Assembly (NCBI GenBank): GCA_008632985.1
Contig: QPGO01000126.1
Coordinates: 62,050-126,000, forward strand
DNA from: Psammoneis japonica
Lineage: Eukaryota
DNA length: 63,951 nucleotides
Direction: 5' to 3'
In this document: positions 45,161 through 57,026 of the stretch, one piece after another
Position numbering within the stretch: the first letter of the stretch is position 1
Layout of the letters: every line of letters begins with the position of its first letter
The notes under the pieces: model-generated
Database searches by the model: none
The model's input: the letters and a program-made list of their open reading frames with translations, nothing else
Told to the model about the DNA's origin: nothing
Position numbers and translations under genes: made by a program

Positions 45161-47778
45161 TTATGATTCTTTATCTCGTTTAAATGCCTCGGCAAGCTTG
45201 ATAAAGTCGGTTGCATTCATGATGTTGATGCCCAAACCTGCGGCTCTTTCCAACTTTTTCCCACCGCCTTCTCCGGCGACAACAAGACCAGTAGATTTGC
45301 TAATGCTACTTGGCGTAGACTTAGCGCCCAAGGCACGAGCCATTTCTTGAACTTGTTGACGCGTAAAATTGGGTATAGATCCCGTAAATACCACTGAAAG
45401 TTGGGCAAGTGGTAAATCCTTGCTCGTGACATCGTCTTGCTGTTGCTGTAGAATTGGACTTTCGTCCTTGTGAACGACGATTGTCTTTGCCAAGTCTTGT
45501 GCAGCCTTGACGGACTCGACATCTTTTGAAAAGGACACGAGCGAGGACAAGACGACTGGTCCAATTCCCTTGATTCCTTCTGTTTCAGCTGTGCCAGCCA
45601 AGGCTGGAAATACAACGGAATCATCATCCTTGCTTTCTGACGCGTCTCGGATATCTTTCAAAAAGGCATCTACCGTTACATATGTGGATGCAATTAATTT
45701 GGATGAGTAGGCACCAACATGACGAATGCTCAAGGAGTAAATAAAGCGCGACAATGATACACCCCGTTGTGCCACTTGTCGAGCCTTGCGAATCAAATTG
45801 GTGGCGGATTTATCCCCCCATCCTTCGAGTTCTGACAAGTCGACCTTTTCTAATGCAAAGACATCATGAGGAAATTTCAGTAAATTGGCCTCCCTGAGTT
45901 GTTGGATGCGTGCTTCTGACAAGCCGGTAATGTCAAGCGCGTCTCGCGAAAAGGCGTGTGCCAGTACACTCACGGCTCGCGGTGGACAAGCCAAACTGGG
46001 TCCGCCGCATCGCAACACTTGACCAATCAACGCATTGTCCGTGTCGTCCAATATGGTAACTGATCCACACGCAGGACATACTTTGGGTGGATCCAACGAA
46101 ATAAAGTCATTCTGTCTTGTGGTAGTGGATGTCTGTTATTGCTGTCCACCACACGCTGCACCACCTGAGGAATCACGTCGCCGGCTCGTCTCACCACAAC
46201 TGAGCAATTTCGTGGCAATCTATTGTTTTTGTTCTCATTATCCTTTGGTAACAAGACGTGTCGCATGTGTCCAAAGTTGTGCAACGTGGCTCGTTGGACC
46301 ACGACACCCGCCAATGTGACGGGTTTCAAAATGGCCACAGGAGTCAGCGCACCGGTGCGTCCCACCTGAACAGTAATATCCAATAGATCCGTCACGGCTG
46401 TGATGGGTGGAAACTTGTGAGCAATGGCCCATCGTGGTGCGCGGTTAGAACTGGAGACAGTCTGGCGCAATTTGAGGTCCACAAGTTTGTGGACGCAACC
46501 GTCCATATCGTAGTCGTCCCATTTGAGTTTTGACTTTTTGCCCTCGCGATGATTAAACAATTCGTCGTGGTATTCCATAAGCGATTCAATATCTTGACGG
46601 CTCCATTCGGTTGTATTCTCCGAGTCGTTATCGAGCTGCAATGTCGTGATCTTGGTTGGTTCTGGCACTTGAAAACCAAAGCCTTGTAGCATGGTGCGCA
46701 TTTCCAAGGCATTCTCCACAATTTGCTCGTCTGCATTATTTGTGAAAACCAAGTCATAGGCATAAAAGACCAGTTTCGAACGCAACTCCTTGGTGATGGA
46801 ATCCTTATCTTTCTTCCGTAACAATATACCCGATGCTGCGTTTCGCGCATTGGAAAAGGAAGTGTTTTCGTGCTTTTCGGCAAAGGCATGAAACGCCGAA
46901 TTGGGCAACACCACTTCTCCTCGCACTTCCAATTCATTTGGTGTGGCATTTTTCAAAGCAATTGATTGACTTAGTCCCATGTCCTCGACAATGGCCAGAG
47001 TCACATCTTGTCCTTGTCGTCCGTTTCCTCGGGTCGTGGCCCACTGTAGGTTGTATTGCTGCTTCCCCTCGACCCGTTGGTAACGCAACGCCAATGAAAG
47101 TCCGTCGAGCTTGGGTTCTGTCAAGAGTTGAATGTTCTGTATTTCTTTTTCTTCTTGTTGTTGTTGTTTCACTAATTTTCGTATTCGTTGTAGCCACGCT
47201 AACAATTCAGTGACACTCGATACATTGTCCAGGGACAGCATGGATACCAAATGATTTCGTTTTAGCCGTTCCTCTGGCAACAACAACTCCAACGAAGAAT
47301 CGAGTAATGGTTGTACGGATTCCATGTTTCCCATTCCCACTCGACCACCAAATCGCGTCGCTTCGACTCCCAACCCACTCTCGACTTGCCATTGTTGCAG
47401 CAAGTCTGGATGCTGTCGACACAGCTCTTCTTCTCGTTTCACCAAGGCATCGTAGACATCATCGGATATTTCAGCAACGGACGTGTAGTACAAGACATCG
47501 TGCTTTAAAATTTCAAGTGCTGTGCTTTTCAATTCTTGATACACGTCTTGATTGGTTTCTTGCTGTATGGATAATGATGAGAAATATCGAGAAGAAAGAG
47601 TTCTTGGAGAGTAGCGTATGGATTCTTCATGATGGTTTGGTGAGAATGTTTTGATTGTTGATCTTCGACTAGAAGATATGAACGACGCTCCTCGTGTAGT
47701 AGCTATTCGTCTCAATAAACAAGATGATATCATTATGAAAAGCCAACTATAGGCTGTGTGCCGAACAAACATTAGCAA
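45161..47778 (-). CDS. ligA: NAD+-dependent DNA ligase (bacterial LigA type) with N-terminal organellar targeting-like extension
   Basis: EPKLDGLS, TRGNG..G.DVT, EVRGEV, NARNAASG, MDGCVHK, PRWAIAHKF, QVGRTG.LTPVA, RATLHN, RAGDVIPQV, CPACGS Zn finger, HhH, BRCT; apparent frameshift near 46100. Confidence 0.95.
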
Positions 47779-48027
47779 GTGAGCTTTGAATGTTGAATGA
47801 TGATTCGCCCCAAGGCCGCCATGGCCTGTCGTCGGTCAGAAAACGGGACTCAATTTTGCACCACTCGCGACTGAAAAGATTTTTTGCCGTTAAAAGATGA
47901 CGTCACCAGCGAACCCAAAAGAATCCCACCGACCGACTTTCCACTTTCCAGACACAAGCATCTCACAATGATCATCGCATACTGTAGCATAATTTCGCGT
48001 CCGTTCTCTCTATCATAACCATTTGTA

Positions 48028-49708
48028 ATGTCGATTCAACTCATGTTACAGTGTTCCGGTGGAGGTCGCATGGATGTTCCTGGTGATTGGAATGCGAAAA
48101 GCAGTCTACAGCAAGTAATGGAATCGGTACAATCCATGCTTCCTCCGTTTCAATCAAGCTCGACTTTGAGGTATTTACAAACGACTGTACCACAGTCTCA
48201 GTGGAGTACGACATCGTTGAAAAAGCTAGGATTGCAACAAGGACGTGCCTTGATAATTTTAGAAGAAGGCAGTACTGCTGCACCCATGCAAGTAGACAAA
48301 GATCCGCTAGAGACGTCGTTGCAATATGTGCTGAAACACAATTTTGATGCCGTGACCAAGCCGTGTTTAGTGACTCTAATCAAAATTCTAGACAATGTCG
48401 TGGCAAATCCCAACGAACCAAAAGTGCGGTGTATTCGCTTGTCCAATGCCGCCTTTGATAAAAAGGTTGGACAAGTAAAGGGTGGAGGTATGTGCAGAAA
48501 ACGAGATAACTTCTGCATTGCATCTTTTCATACCATAGGAGTTCTGTATTCTAATTAGCGTCCTAAATTTTCTATGTTTGATATTCAGTCGACGTGTTGT
48601 TGGCTTGTGGCTTTGAGCGTCAGATTGGCCCACCGCCCCTCTTGTCGACAATCCCATCTACAGAAGCCGTGTTGGTACTATCTCCGGAGCACGAATCGAC
48701 ACCACGCCTCCTCAAAGCCCGAAAGGCCATTGCCACGGTTGCCGTCCAGGAACTCAAAATGGATCCAGACGCCTTGCCAAAATCCAAACCCATTCCAAAA
48801 GTGGCATCTGCGAGTGATCATGCCGTTGGCAGCACGACGGCCTTTGATCCCTACAAGGGCCATCGGTTTGATGGCAAATCGGCAGCCACGGGAATCAATT
48901 TTGGTCCCGATGGTAATTACACAAGCCCTACGGAAACGCAACTCCGAACTCTTCAAGAACAAGAACGCAAGTTGGAAGCATCTCTCCAACAGCCTCTGTC
49001 GGATCGTGGACTCACTGCGGGATTGCCCGCGAGCAACAACAACGCGGCTGCTGCAGTAGCTACTGCAATCGACTCCACGGCTCCAGCCACAACATCGGAC
49101 GGTTCCATGTTGGCCAGCAGTTTCAAAAGCAACAACAAGAACGCAAACAACGTGAAGAAGGTGGATTTACCACAAAGGCCATGCGCAATTTGCAATCACT
49201 CCAAAACAAAAAAGTCTATTCGCATGTTTCGCTGAGAATACAATTCCCCGATGGATCCTATGTCAATGGCAAGTTTTTACCCAAGGAAACCATTCAAACC
49301 GTAAAGACGGTCGTGCAACAAGAGTGCTTGTCTCAAAAAGAGTTGGAATTTGACTTGTACATTGCACCACCACGACGAAAATTGGATCCCCACAAGACTT
49401 TGGCACAAGAAGAGCTCGTGCCGGCCGCCAAGGTATTTTGCAGTTGGACGGGTGCATCGCCGACGACCGGCGGTGGCGTTGGATCCTTTCTCAAGCCGTC
49501 GCTTTTTCAAGACGGAAACATTCCAACGGAACTGTATCCGACGGCAAAACCGATTGTCGGAAAAAAGACAGAAAAGAACGACGATGGTGATTCCAAGGAG
49601 GAAGAGTTGATGCGACGCATGATGGGTGGAGGATCCAAGACCAAGAAATCAAAAGCCAGTGGTAAGAGCGGTGGAGGCTTGTCCAAACCAAAGTGGTTCA
49701 AGGGATAG
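48028..49708 (+). CDS. UBL plus PUB plus UBX domain protein (p97/CDC48 cofactor)
   Basis: PUB (KILDNVVANPNEPKVRCIRLSN..F...GG|VDVLLACGF across intron 48488-48588); UBX (LRIQFPDG...GKF.P.ET...LYIAPPR...LVPAA); apparent frameshift at about 49130-49180. Confidence 0.88.
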
Positions 49709-50059
49709 TAGAGGCGACGCCGCTGCTACTTGAGTGGATACTGCTCTACAGTAGCTTTCGACTATCTTACTAGAGTGCTACTCAAACGAATGTTGATGTT
49801 TTTTTTCCCGAGAGGGTAAGTGCAGAATTCGTGCTTCTAGTAGGATCTGATTTGTGAGAAAAGATCATCACAACTGCTCTCCTACAATATCAGTTGACAA
49901 ACACGCCTGGCGTACGTGCCATTGGCGTAGTTGGCAGCAGCCCCAAAGCTCGTGATAGATGCCACGCCATTGAGAATGATTAAGACAAAATGCATCTGTT
50001 TTCGAAGTTCGATGATGGATTTATGCCGTCGCTCGATCTTCAATTTCTTACAAGATACA

Positions 50060-50067
50060 TGACGTCA
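50060..50067. promoter_or_regulatory. TGACGTCA (CRE/bZIP-type palindrome) upstream of CUE-TM gene 1
   Basis: The same octamer lies upstream of paralogue 2 (60993-61000) and in the ligA/PUB-UBX divergent promoter (47898-47905). Confidence 0.4.
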
Positions 50068-50215
50068 CTTCTTGTCATATGTTTCTACGGGCGTTCTACG
50101 TGAACATGCTGCCAAGCGATTTTCGGAATTTTTTGTTCGCGGTTGTGATGAGGGCAGTCATGTCACGCCTCATTCGTTTTCCTTGAGAAACTTGGAGAAA
50201 CGACGGTTTCGCACC

Positions 50216-51847
50216 ATGGCCCCAAGCCCGGAACTATTGCAGCTCGTAGAGCTTTTCGAGGATAGGTCCGTGGAGGACTTGGAATCGATCCTTTCTCATC
50301 ATGGAGGCGATTTGGACGGAGCGGTCGAAGCGATTTGCACCGGTCAACACGACGACGTTGATGCGGTTCTCGAGTTGAAAAAGCCGGCTGCTAAAATTTG
50401 CCAAGCAGCGAGTGAGAGCCCCACTGAACTTCCAGAATCCATGTCGAGTCCTGTTATCGTATTGCATCAGTCCAACGCTGTGAATCCTCCTCCGGTCCGC
50501 GAAAGGGATGTGCTAAAGACTGACAACAGAAACGGCAACAGGAACAGCAACAGGAACAGCAGAAACAACAACAGCAACAGCAATGTCAAGTACAGAGATG
50601 TTGGTGCTGTTGGCCAGTTTGGAGCTCTCGGTGCTTCGATACGTACACGTTCGTCGTCACGTCGTAGAACTGGAATGGCGGAAGTCGACGATGATAGTTC
50701 CTTGCCACCATCCATGTCTTCATTGTCCGTTTCATCTTCTACCGTGACTGCATCCATGACGACAAGCTCCTCTTCCAGAAGCAGATCCTCAAGCAGAGCC
50801 GTACAAAGTGTCGTAAGCGAGTCGGATGGATCAGAACGTGTGGGTGCCTTTGCTGTATCTGGCACCGGCGTCGCCACGGTGGCAGCGGTTGCAGCAGGTG
50901 CTGGCGGAGCAGCCACCCTTGCGGCTCATGCACCACCGACTGCGGATAGTATGGGAGCTTCGGAGGCTGTTGTTTCGAATGCTGTTGTCAGAGAAGACCT
51001 AGTAAACAATATTCGTGAAGAGCTACGTTCTGAGATGCTTCAGGAATTAGAAAACTACAATGTTGGTGGTCCCGTTACGTCTGCTGAAGTAATTGTCCCA
51101 CCGTCGGTTGTTGCTCCACCGATAGGTGTTAGTGGCGGCGGCGATGAAGAGATGCTGGCAACTACATCACAGCTTACTGGGGAGACTCCAGGATTGAAAA
51201 AACCATTTTGGAAATCCAAGTGGCTGTGGGTCGGTGCCACCGTTTTGTTGGTTGCTGCAGTTGGAGTCCTTGTTGGTATCATCGTAGGCATGAGTACCAA
51301 TGATAGAGGGGGCAATCCCTCGAGCGTTATCGTAAACAATGGCACCACGACCTTTGGAGAGGGCACGACACCGCCTCCAGGTCCAGTCATTGTGATTACC
51401 AACAGTCCATCCGAGGAACCCGTACCAGGACCAACGCCACCTCCAACCCCGTTTCCAACTCCTAGACCCACTCCTTGGCCGACTTGGAATCCGACTCCCC
51501 GTCCGGCTACTCGGAGGCCAACTCCTCGGCCTACTCCCAAGCCACCCAAACCCACTCCCAAGCCCTTTAAACCGACACCCAAACCGTACAAGCCTACCCC
51601 TGTCTACAACAAGAGCTGCAAGAGTCGATACGGTAGTTGGATCAAGGTCTGCAGTGAGAGCTCGTCCAAGTGCTCCTTTTTTGTCGTTTTGAATAAAAGG
51701 AGTTGTCACTCGTACTGCAAGGGTCGTGGTGGCAGCTGCCTATCGGCCAAGGGAAACAAGGATGATGGCGGAGGTCGCTGCTCAAGCATTGGTGGACACG
51801 GTTGCAGTGCCCCCAGGGACGACACTATTTGCACGTGTTCCTTGTAA
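50216..51847 (+). CDS. Type II membrane protein: CUE-like domain, TM, Pro/Thr stalk, one Cys-rich C-terminal domain
   Basis: LVELFEDRS.EDLESILSHHGGDLDGAVEAI; GAFAV motif; KKPFWKSKW plus TM; PT repeats; SCHSYCKGRGGSCL...TICTC. Confidence 0.8.
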   Translation: MAPSPELLQLVELFEDRSVEDLESILSHHGGDLDGAVEAICTGQHDDVDAVLELKKPAAKICQAASESPTELPESMSSPVIVLHQSNAVNPPPVRERDVLKTDNRNGNRNSNRNSRNNNSNSNVKYRDVGAVGQFGALGASIRTRSSSRRRTGMAEVDDDSSLPPSMSSLSVSSSTVTASMTTSSSSRSRSSSRAVQSVVSESDGSERVGAFAVSGTGVATVAAVAAGAGGAATLAAHAPPTADSMGASEAVVSNAVVREDLVNNIREELRSEMLQELENYNVGGPVTSAEVIVPPSVVAPPIGVSGGGDEEMLATTSQLTGETPGLKKPFWKSKWLWVGATVLLVAAVGVLVGIIVGMSTNDRGGNPSSVIVNNGTTTFGEGTTPPPGPVIVITNSPSEEPVPGPTPPPTPFPTPRPTPWPTWNPTPRPATRRPTPRPTPKPPKPTPKPFKPTPKPYKPTPVYNKSCKSRYGSWIKVCSESSSKCSFFVVLNKRSCHSYCKGRGGSCLSAKGNKDDGGGRCSSIGGHGCSAPRDDTICTCSL

Positions 51848-52022
51848 TTTTTGTTTCTTTGATACTTCGATGCAAGGGCGTATGATTTCGCGGGCGCCAA
51901 GTTGAAAGCGACTTTCGAAGCAAGTGTTTCATATCATTTTTGGTTCGTTTTGTATGATTAAACAATGCACGATTTTGTAATCCATGTTATGTATGTCAAC
52001 AATGAATCGTCCGCAACTCGTT

Positions 52023-52147
52023 ACAGACAATACCAACGCCTTTAGTGGAAGCTAGGACCCTACGTCCTTACTCTAGAGAATCGTCACAGACAATACCAAC
52101 TCCTTTAGTGGAAGCTAGGACCATACGTCCTTACTCTACTAGAGAGT
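52023..52147. repeat. 63-bp tandem duplication
   Basis: acagacaataccaac(g/t)cctttagtggaagctaggacc(c/a)tacgtccttactcta at 52023 and 52086. Confidence 0.9.
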
Positions 52148-52390
52148 CCCTGGGATCGTGGGCTACCGTATGACACAGGTCTTTGCATGGATATGTCCCG
52201 GTAGGCTACTATAAACAACGCGCAAGAAATAGGCAGCTACCTCTAAATACGAACTTATCATGAAGCCTGTCCTCGTTAAGGTGGGACAGAGCTGCCAGTA
52301 GTTGCTAAATAACATGTTCCACACTCGCCATAAGGAGCAACGGCACATGTATTCCCCTTGTCTCTGCTTCTTTTCACCCGCTCTGCGCAT

Positions 52391-53788
52391 CTAGAAGCAT
52401 TGCGCCTTGTGATGCAAGCTCCAAGCACTTTTCTGGCAATACTCGTCGCAAAAGTAGGCATACTTGCACTTGCCGCAACGCTTGAGTCCAGGTTGCTGTT
52501 CGCCGCAGTTGCAACACATTTTAACTTCTTGAGGGTGCCTGAGAGTTGGATCGTACTTGTGCACCTGCATGTACTTGTCCTTGCATGTTTGAGAACAATA
52601 GAGGCGTTCCATGCACTCACAAACCATCAAGTCGTGCCCTTCTGGTGGAGATCCGTAGCAGACACAGCAGCGCTCCATATGCTCACGAGACATTTCTTCC
52701 AACTGGTCGTCTCGGATCCTCGTTCCTTTCCATTTGTAAACCGGCGGGTCCATCCAATGGAAACGTTGGAAATCATACTCTCGTTCCTTCTCCCAGAGAC
52801 GAGGACGACCCACCCAATCCAAAGGGACATAGGCAATAGGCTCGGTCGTGCGCTTGTCTGTTTCCTTGACAAAGTACTTTGGATTGAAATCACCGTCCAT
52901 AGCAAAGCCAAGACGAATGCACCATAGGATGAATTCATAAAACGTGAGAGTCTTGTCACGGTCCGTCTTGTAAATCTCACGAGGATCCTGATCGGGAGGA
53001 ACGTCTGGATCCCATAAAGCCTGCCAGGCTTCTTCGTCAATGCTCACCTTGGGAACCGTGGGGTAGACGGCAAGGCATTCCGAGAAACCCTCGCGGAGCG
53101 ATCTCAAGTTGCATTTCAAGTGACAGTTGAAAATGTAGAGGCAGCCTGTACTGTTCTGTTCAACACCACTTTGCAAGGCCTCTGCATTTTCTTCGAGCCA
53201 CGATCGTTCAAAGAACGTCACAACGCGTTGACCCCACTGTGGTGTCAGTACAGATTCATCGTCATTCTTGTGACCCTGGAGACCCAGTTCTTGCAACACC
53301 AGCGGACGAATCTTTTCCCAGGTACCTTGATGGATACGCATCGCGTCTGCAACATCCTTGGGATGAGACGCATCCTTGGGATCGTTCGTGTACAGGCTGG
53401 TCCTCGTGTGGTTGATTCTACCCTGATGCTGGTGATTCTCTTTTAATTTGCGGTACTCGGCACCACGTTGAATTCGTTTCACCTCGTTTTGAAGCTCCTC
53501 GTATTCCTTTTCTTGTTGCTCCTGGTATTCTTTCGTCTCGCCACACGCGTCACAGGGAAAGTCCGGAAAGGGCGGTTCGTCGCACTGTGAATGTGACGAA
53601 CAGGCATGATAACAGCCCATGCAGCTCCATGCAAACAAGCTCTCCTCGCACAAGGGACACTCTTGATCTGCCGTCCAGGACGGATCCAAGTCCATGACTT
53701 TTTCGCAACACTGACAGCGGCACTTGGTGCGGGCGTGATTGACCGCTCCCGGTTCGATATCTTCGCTGTCTTTATCAACGGTTGACAT
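52391..53788 (-). CDS. Double MYND zinc-finger protein with N-terminal Cys-rich region
   Basis: CCVC...VCEC...YCSQTC...HK and CCNC...RCGKCK.A.FC..YCQ..AW..HHK.QC; N-terminal CxxC pairs. Confidence 0.85.
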   Translation of the reverse strand: MSTVDKDSEDIEPGAVNHARTKCRCQCCEKVMDLDPSWTADQECPLCEESLFAWSCMGCYHACSSHSQCDEPPFPDFPCDACGETKEYQEQQEKEYEELQNEVKRIQRGAEYRKLKENHQHQGRINHTRTSLYTNDPKDASHPKDVADAMRIHQGTWEKIRPLVLQELGLQGHKNDDESVLTPQWGQRVVTFFERSWLEENAEALQSGVEQNSTGCLYIFNCHLKCNLRSLREGFSECLAVYPTVPKVSIDEEAWQALWDPDVPPDQDPREIYKTDRDKTLTFYEFILWCIRLGFAMDGDFNPKYFVKETDKRTTEPIAYVPLDWVGRPRLWEKEREYDFQRFHWMDPPVYKWKGTRIRDDQLEEMSREHMERCCVCYGSPPEGHDLMVCECMERLYCSQTCKDKYMQVHKYDPTLRHPQEVKMCCNCGEQQPGLKRCGKCKYAYFCDEYCQKSAWSLHHKAQCF

Positions 53789-54213
53789 GGTATAGCTTGA
53801 TACAGGACTTACAGCTCTATCTGGAGTATCGTAAGGCGATAATACAGTGGATGTGCGACTACTTCTGATGGATCAGAAGCGTCATTGTAATGTGCGCCGC
53901 GGAAAGATCGCCGCAGAAATTCAGAGACCTTACGTTCATCAGATGTGGCTTCGTGTGCTTTCTCTGAGTCTTGTCAAATTTGTACCAGAAAAATCTGTAG
54001 GTTTCTACGGCGTTCTTTGACACACAACATGTCATCAAGAGAAGGCAAAAAGACACCACAACATTCAACATGGAACAGCATTTCCCATCTTCTCTGCGTA
54101 CGTTAGCATCATCTATCATCACGTGTCCGCGCTGCCAACAACACGTCAACTGGTAAAGAGAGAGTGCTTTTGCAGAACAGCAGGCTTCGCAAAATATGAG
54201 TCGACATCGAGTC

Positions 54214-55089
54214 ATGATGTCGTGTTTCAGGTTGATCATCTCATTGCTGCTCTCAGCTGCAGAAGCGACCTTTCCTGAACCAAGCTACCCTTGGATAAAA
54301 CAAGGCCCCAGCGATCAACGAAGTCCATGTCCTGCTCTCAACAGCCTAGCCAATCACGGTTACATTTTTCGGAATGGAACCGACATTCCAATTTCACTTA
54401 TCGCGCAAGCGGGCCAACGCGTGTACTCTGTTGCCGAATCCACCCTGTTGCATATTTTCAATGCCGTCATTCAAAATGGTGTAACGTCGGGGGAAACGCA
54501 AGATGGGGAGCTTACATTGACACTTAGTGACTTGTATCCTCACAATGTTGTCGAGCATGATGCAAGTCTGACACGAAAAGACGAGTACTTTGAACCCATG
54601 GCTCAATTCAACGCGGAATTGTTGACGCGATTTTTCGAGACCAACTCTACCAGCGACTTTTTGTCTTTGGAAAATGTCGTATTTGCGTCTCAACAACGAA
54701 TTATACAGTCTCGTCTTGAAAATCCCGAGGCCTCTTTTGCGCACAATCCCATTTTGCCCATTCAAATGGCGGATGAAAAACTGTTTGTCATGCTGGCTGG
54801 AAACGATGCGGCTCTCCTGCACATCAACAAGAGTGCGGTTGAGGAATTGTTTACGTACGATCGCATTCCACAAGGTCATTTATCACGACAAGACATGGGA
54901 TTGGAACCGGTCAACCTGGTCGACGACGACTTTGCACGACGACGAAACGACATTGCGGCCCGACTCAACGAGACCATGTTTGGGCCCCTCCCAACAACCT
55001 CGAATGGAGTATCAATGCTACGGGGAGGGCACTCACTTCTGAGCATCACTTTCATGATACTTGTTGGTAGCGGTGCTTGCTTTTGTTGA
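54214..55089 (+). CDS. Heme-thiolate peroxidase / unspecific peroxygenase (chloroperoxidase family), secreted, probably GPI-anchored
   Basis: Signal peptide; RSPCPALNSLANHGY; VEHDASLTRKD; hydrophobic C-terminal tail. Confidence 0.9.
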   Translation: MMSCFRLIISLLLSAAEATFPEPSYPWIKQGPSDQRSPCPALNSLANHGYIFRNGTDIPISLIAQAGQRVYSVAESTLLHIFNAVIQNGVTSGETQDGELTLTLSDLYPHNVVEHDASLTRKDEYFEPMAQFNAELLTRFFETNSTSDFLSLENVVFASQQRIIQSRLENPEASFAHNPILPIQMADEKLFVMLAGNDAALLHINKSAVEELFTYDRIPQGHLSRQDMGLEPVNLVDDDFARRRNDIAARLNETMFGPLPTTSNGVSMLRGGHSLLSITFMILVGSGACFC

Positions 55090-55399
55090 GGCTAATTAAG
55101 CTTGAGTCATTAATCACAAGGCCTGGAGATTTTGCTCGAAACACAATGTTGTAGCATACGCTGCTACCAGGGACTACTTTAGGCTCAAGAGAACTGAATG
55201 GTAGCGTTTGAACCTCTTGTCACTACCTCAAATGAGATCCGTTTGTGTGGGGCGCACTCATGATTCTTGTTGGTACTGTTGCTAGCTTCGGCTTAAGGCA
55301 AGAGTTGAATGTGGCATTTGGACTTTTGTCCGACAGCTACGCGCCGCTAGAGTCTAGAGAGTTTACATTCTGACGTCAACACAACACAGATGACGGGGC

Positions 55400-56531
55400 T
55401 TACGAGGCAGCACTCGTGTTATCATAAAATTGATTCATAGCGTTTGCCAGCTCCAACCCATGCGTTATCCACAGCAAATGGTCGCATCGGTCCAGGAGCT
55501 CCAATCGCGACGCATCAGCTCCCAGTAGCTCATGCAATCGATGCGCGTGCTCCACATGAATTACACGATCATTTGTTCCGTGTACAATTAGTGACTGAAT
55601 ACCATGCTGTTTGAACTGAGGTAACCACTCGCTCGAATCAAAGGCTTGTTCCAACAATGCCTGTTTCTGAGCCTCCATCCCAGCAAGAGTCGAAAAAGAA
55701 TTTCTAGATTCCACAAAGGCGTGCGCCAGTTTCTCTGTGAGCGTGTCGTCCGGGTCGTTTCAAAAAGTCATCTCCCAGCGCCGTGAAAAACGCGTGAGCA
55801 CAATCGAGACGGTGATGGTGGGGAGCTTCATCATGATGATAGCCTTGAAAGGAATTCAAAAAGTCATTGCAAACCACCGTTTCCTCCTGCATACCACCAC
55901 CTGCAGTGGTGCACAGCAAAATCAATGAAGAAACCTTCCAACTGGTCGAGCTACTAGAGTGGTAAGGCGTCTCCAGCAGCCCCAACGATGACGCCGTCAC
56001 GAGCTGAGCAATCATCCCTCCCATGGACGCACCTCCGACCCCAAAGGAGGTATCAGGGGGGTATAATTGTGCCTCAATCACTCCATTCAACACGTCGATC
56101 GCATCACTGGCCATTTGCGGAAGTGCAAGCTGCGCATTTGCGCCATCACGGCTGCTTCTTGTCGAAATGCCGTTTCTACTCATGACTTCAGTAGATCGCC
56201 CCAGAGCTCGTGGATCGTACACAATAACATCACGGTTTAGTAGTTTCGGGATTGCACCCCAGTCATCCGCTACACCGGACCATCCCTGAATCAAGAGAAG
56301 TGGCGACGGACGAGAGCTTCCATCCAAAGTAGCACTAGCACTCGATTTGCGGCGAAAGATGCGTGTTGGTAAGCTCCAGGCGCCGTCGGATGTGATTGTC
56401 TCGATTTCGTCCACTACCGGGGTCGACACAGATGATCTTTGTCTCTTCAGTATGACTTTTGTGAAAGAGTTAGAACACCAATTCCTTGAAGCAACACTGC
56501 GGTGAGCCAAAGCAAGCGGAATGAGCGCCAT
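55400..56531 (-). CDS. Alpha/beta hydrolase
   Basis: LLIQGWSG, YDPRALGRS, GASMGG nucleophile, IVHGTNDRVI, DHLLW; apparent frameshift near 55720. Confidence 0.85.
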
Positions 56532-57026
56532 GGTTGGCCCTGGGCCCTTCCTTCCCTCTGTTGTCTGTTGCATTCTTTCGGCGTTCGGCGTTCGGCGATA
56601 TTTTAGAGAGGTTTTGGGTTCTGAGTCCTCGCACCCCCGACCGGAGGAAGAGATCATGCTACCACAGGGGAAGAGATCATGCTGCTGCTGCGCAGCAGTG
56701 CATTCTCTCACACTCTGCTGCAGCTCTCTACTCTCTAGAGAGTGGAATGCAGTGGGTTCCTCGAATGCGCATCACAAAGATGCTTCTCTAGAGTGCCAGT
56801 GGGCGAGTTCGTGGGATCTTTGAAGCAGGCACGAAGCTTTGGTCATTTCTCCAGGTTGCTGCTCCAGTGGGGTGCTGCTGCTGGTGAAATCATTGTCTGA
56901 ACAGAACCGTGCAGCACACGTGCAGTGCAGGTGAATGTGTGCACAGACATCATTTTGTTCTGCATCAACTGGTCTGATGTGCATGTCACGACTGTGCAAT
57001 CACCCGCCATTTCTGGTTCCAGTTGT

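Noticed and set aside
52023..52147. CRISPR-like array
   Set aside because: Only two adjacent 63-bp copies, no spacers or cas genes, eukaryotic context
18500..55750. Frameshifts in the coiled-coil gene (about 18520, 18715, 24360), CDS, LRR2, ligA, PUB-UBX and the hydrolase as pseudogenisation or programmed frameshifting
   Set aside because: Coding sequence continues cleanly on both sides, several breaks lie at homopolymer runs, and housekeeping genes are affected; long-read indel errors are the simplest explanation (check with short reads)
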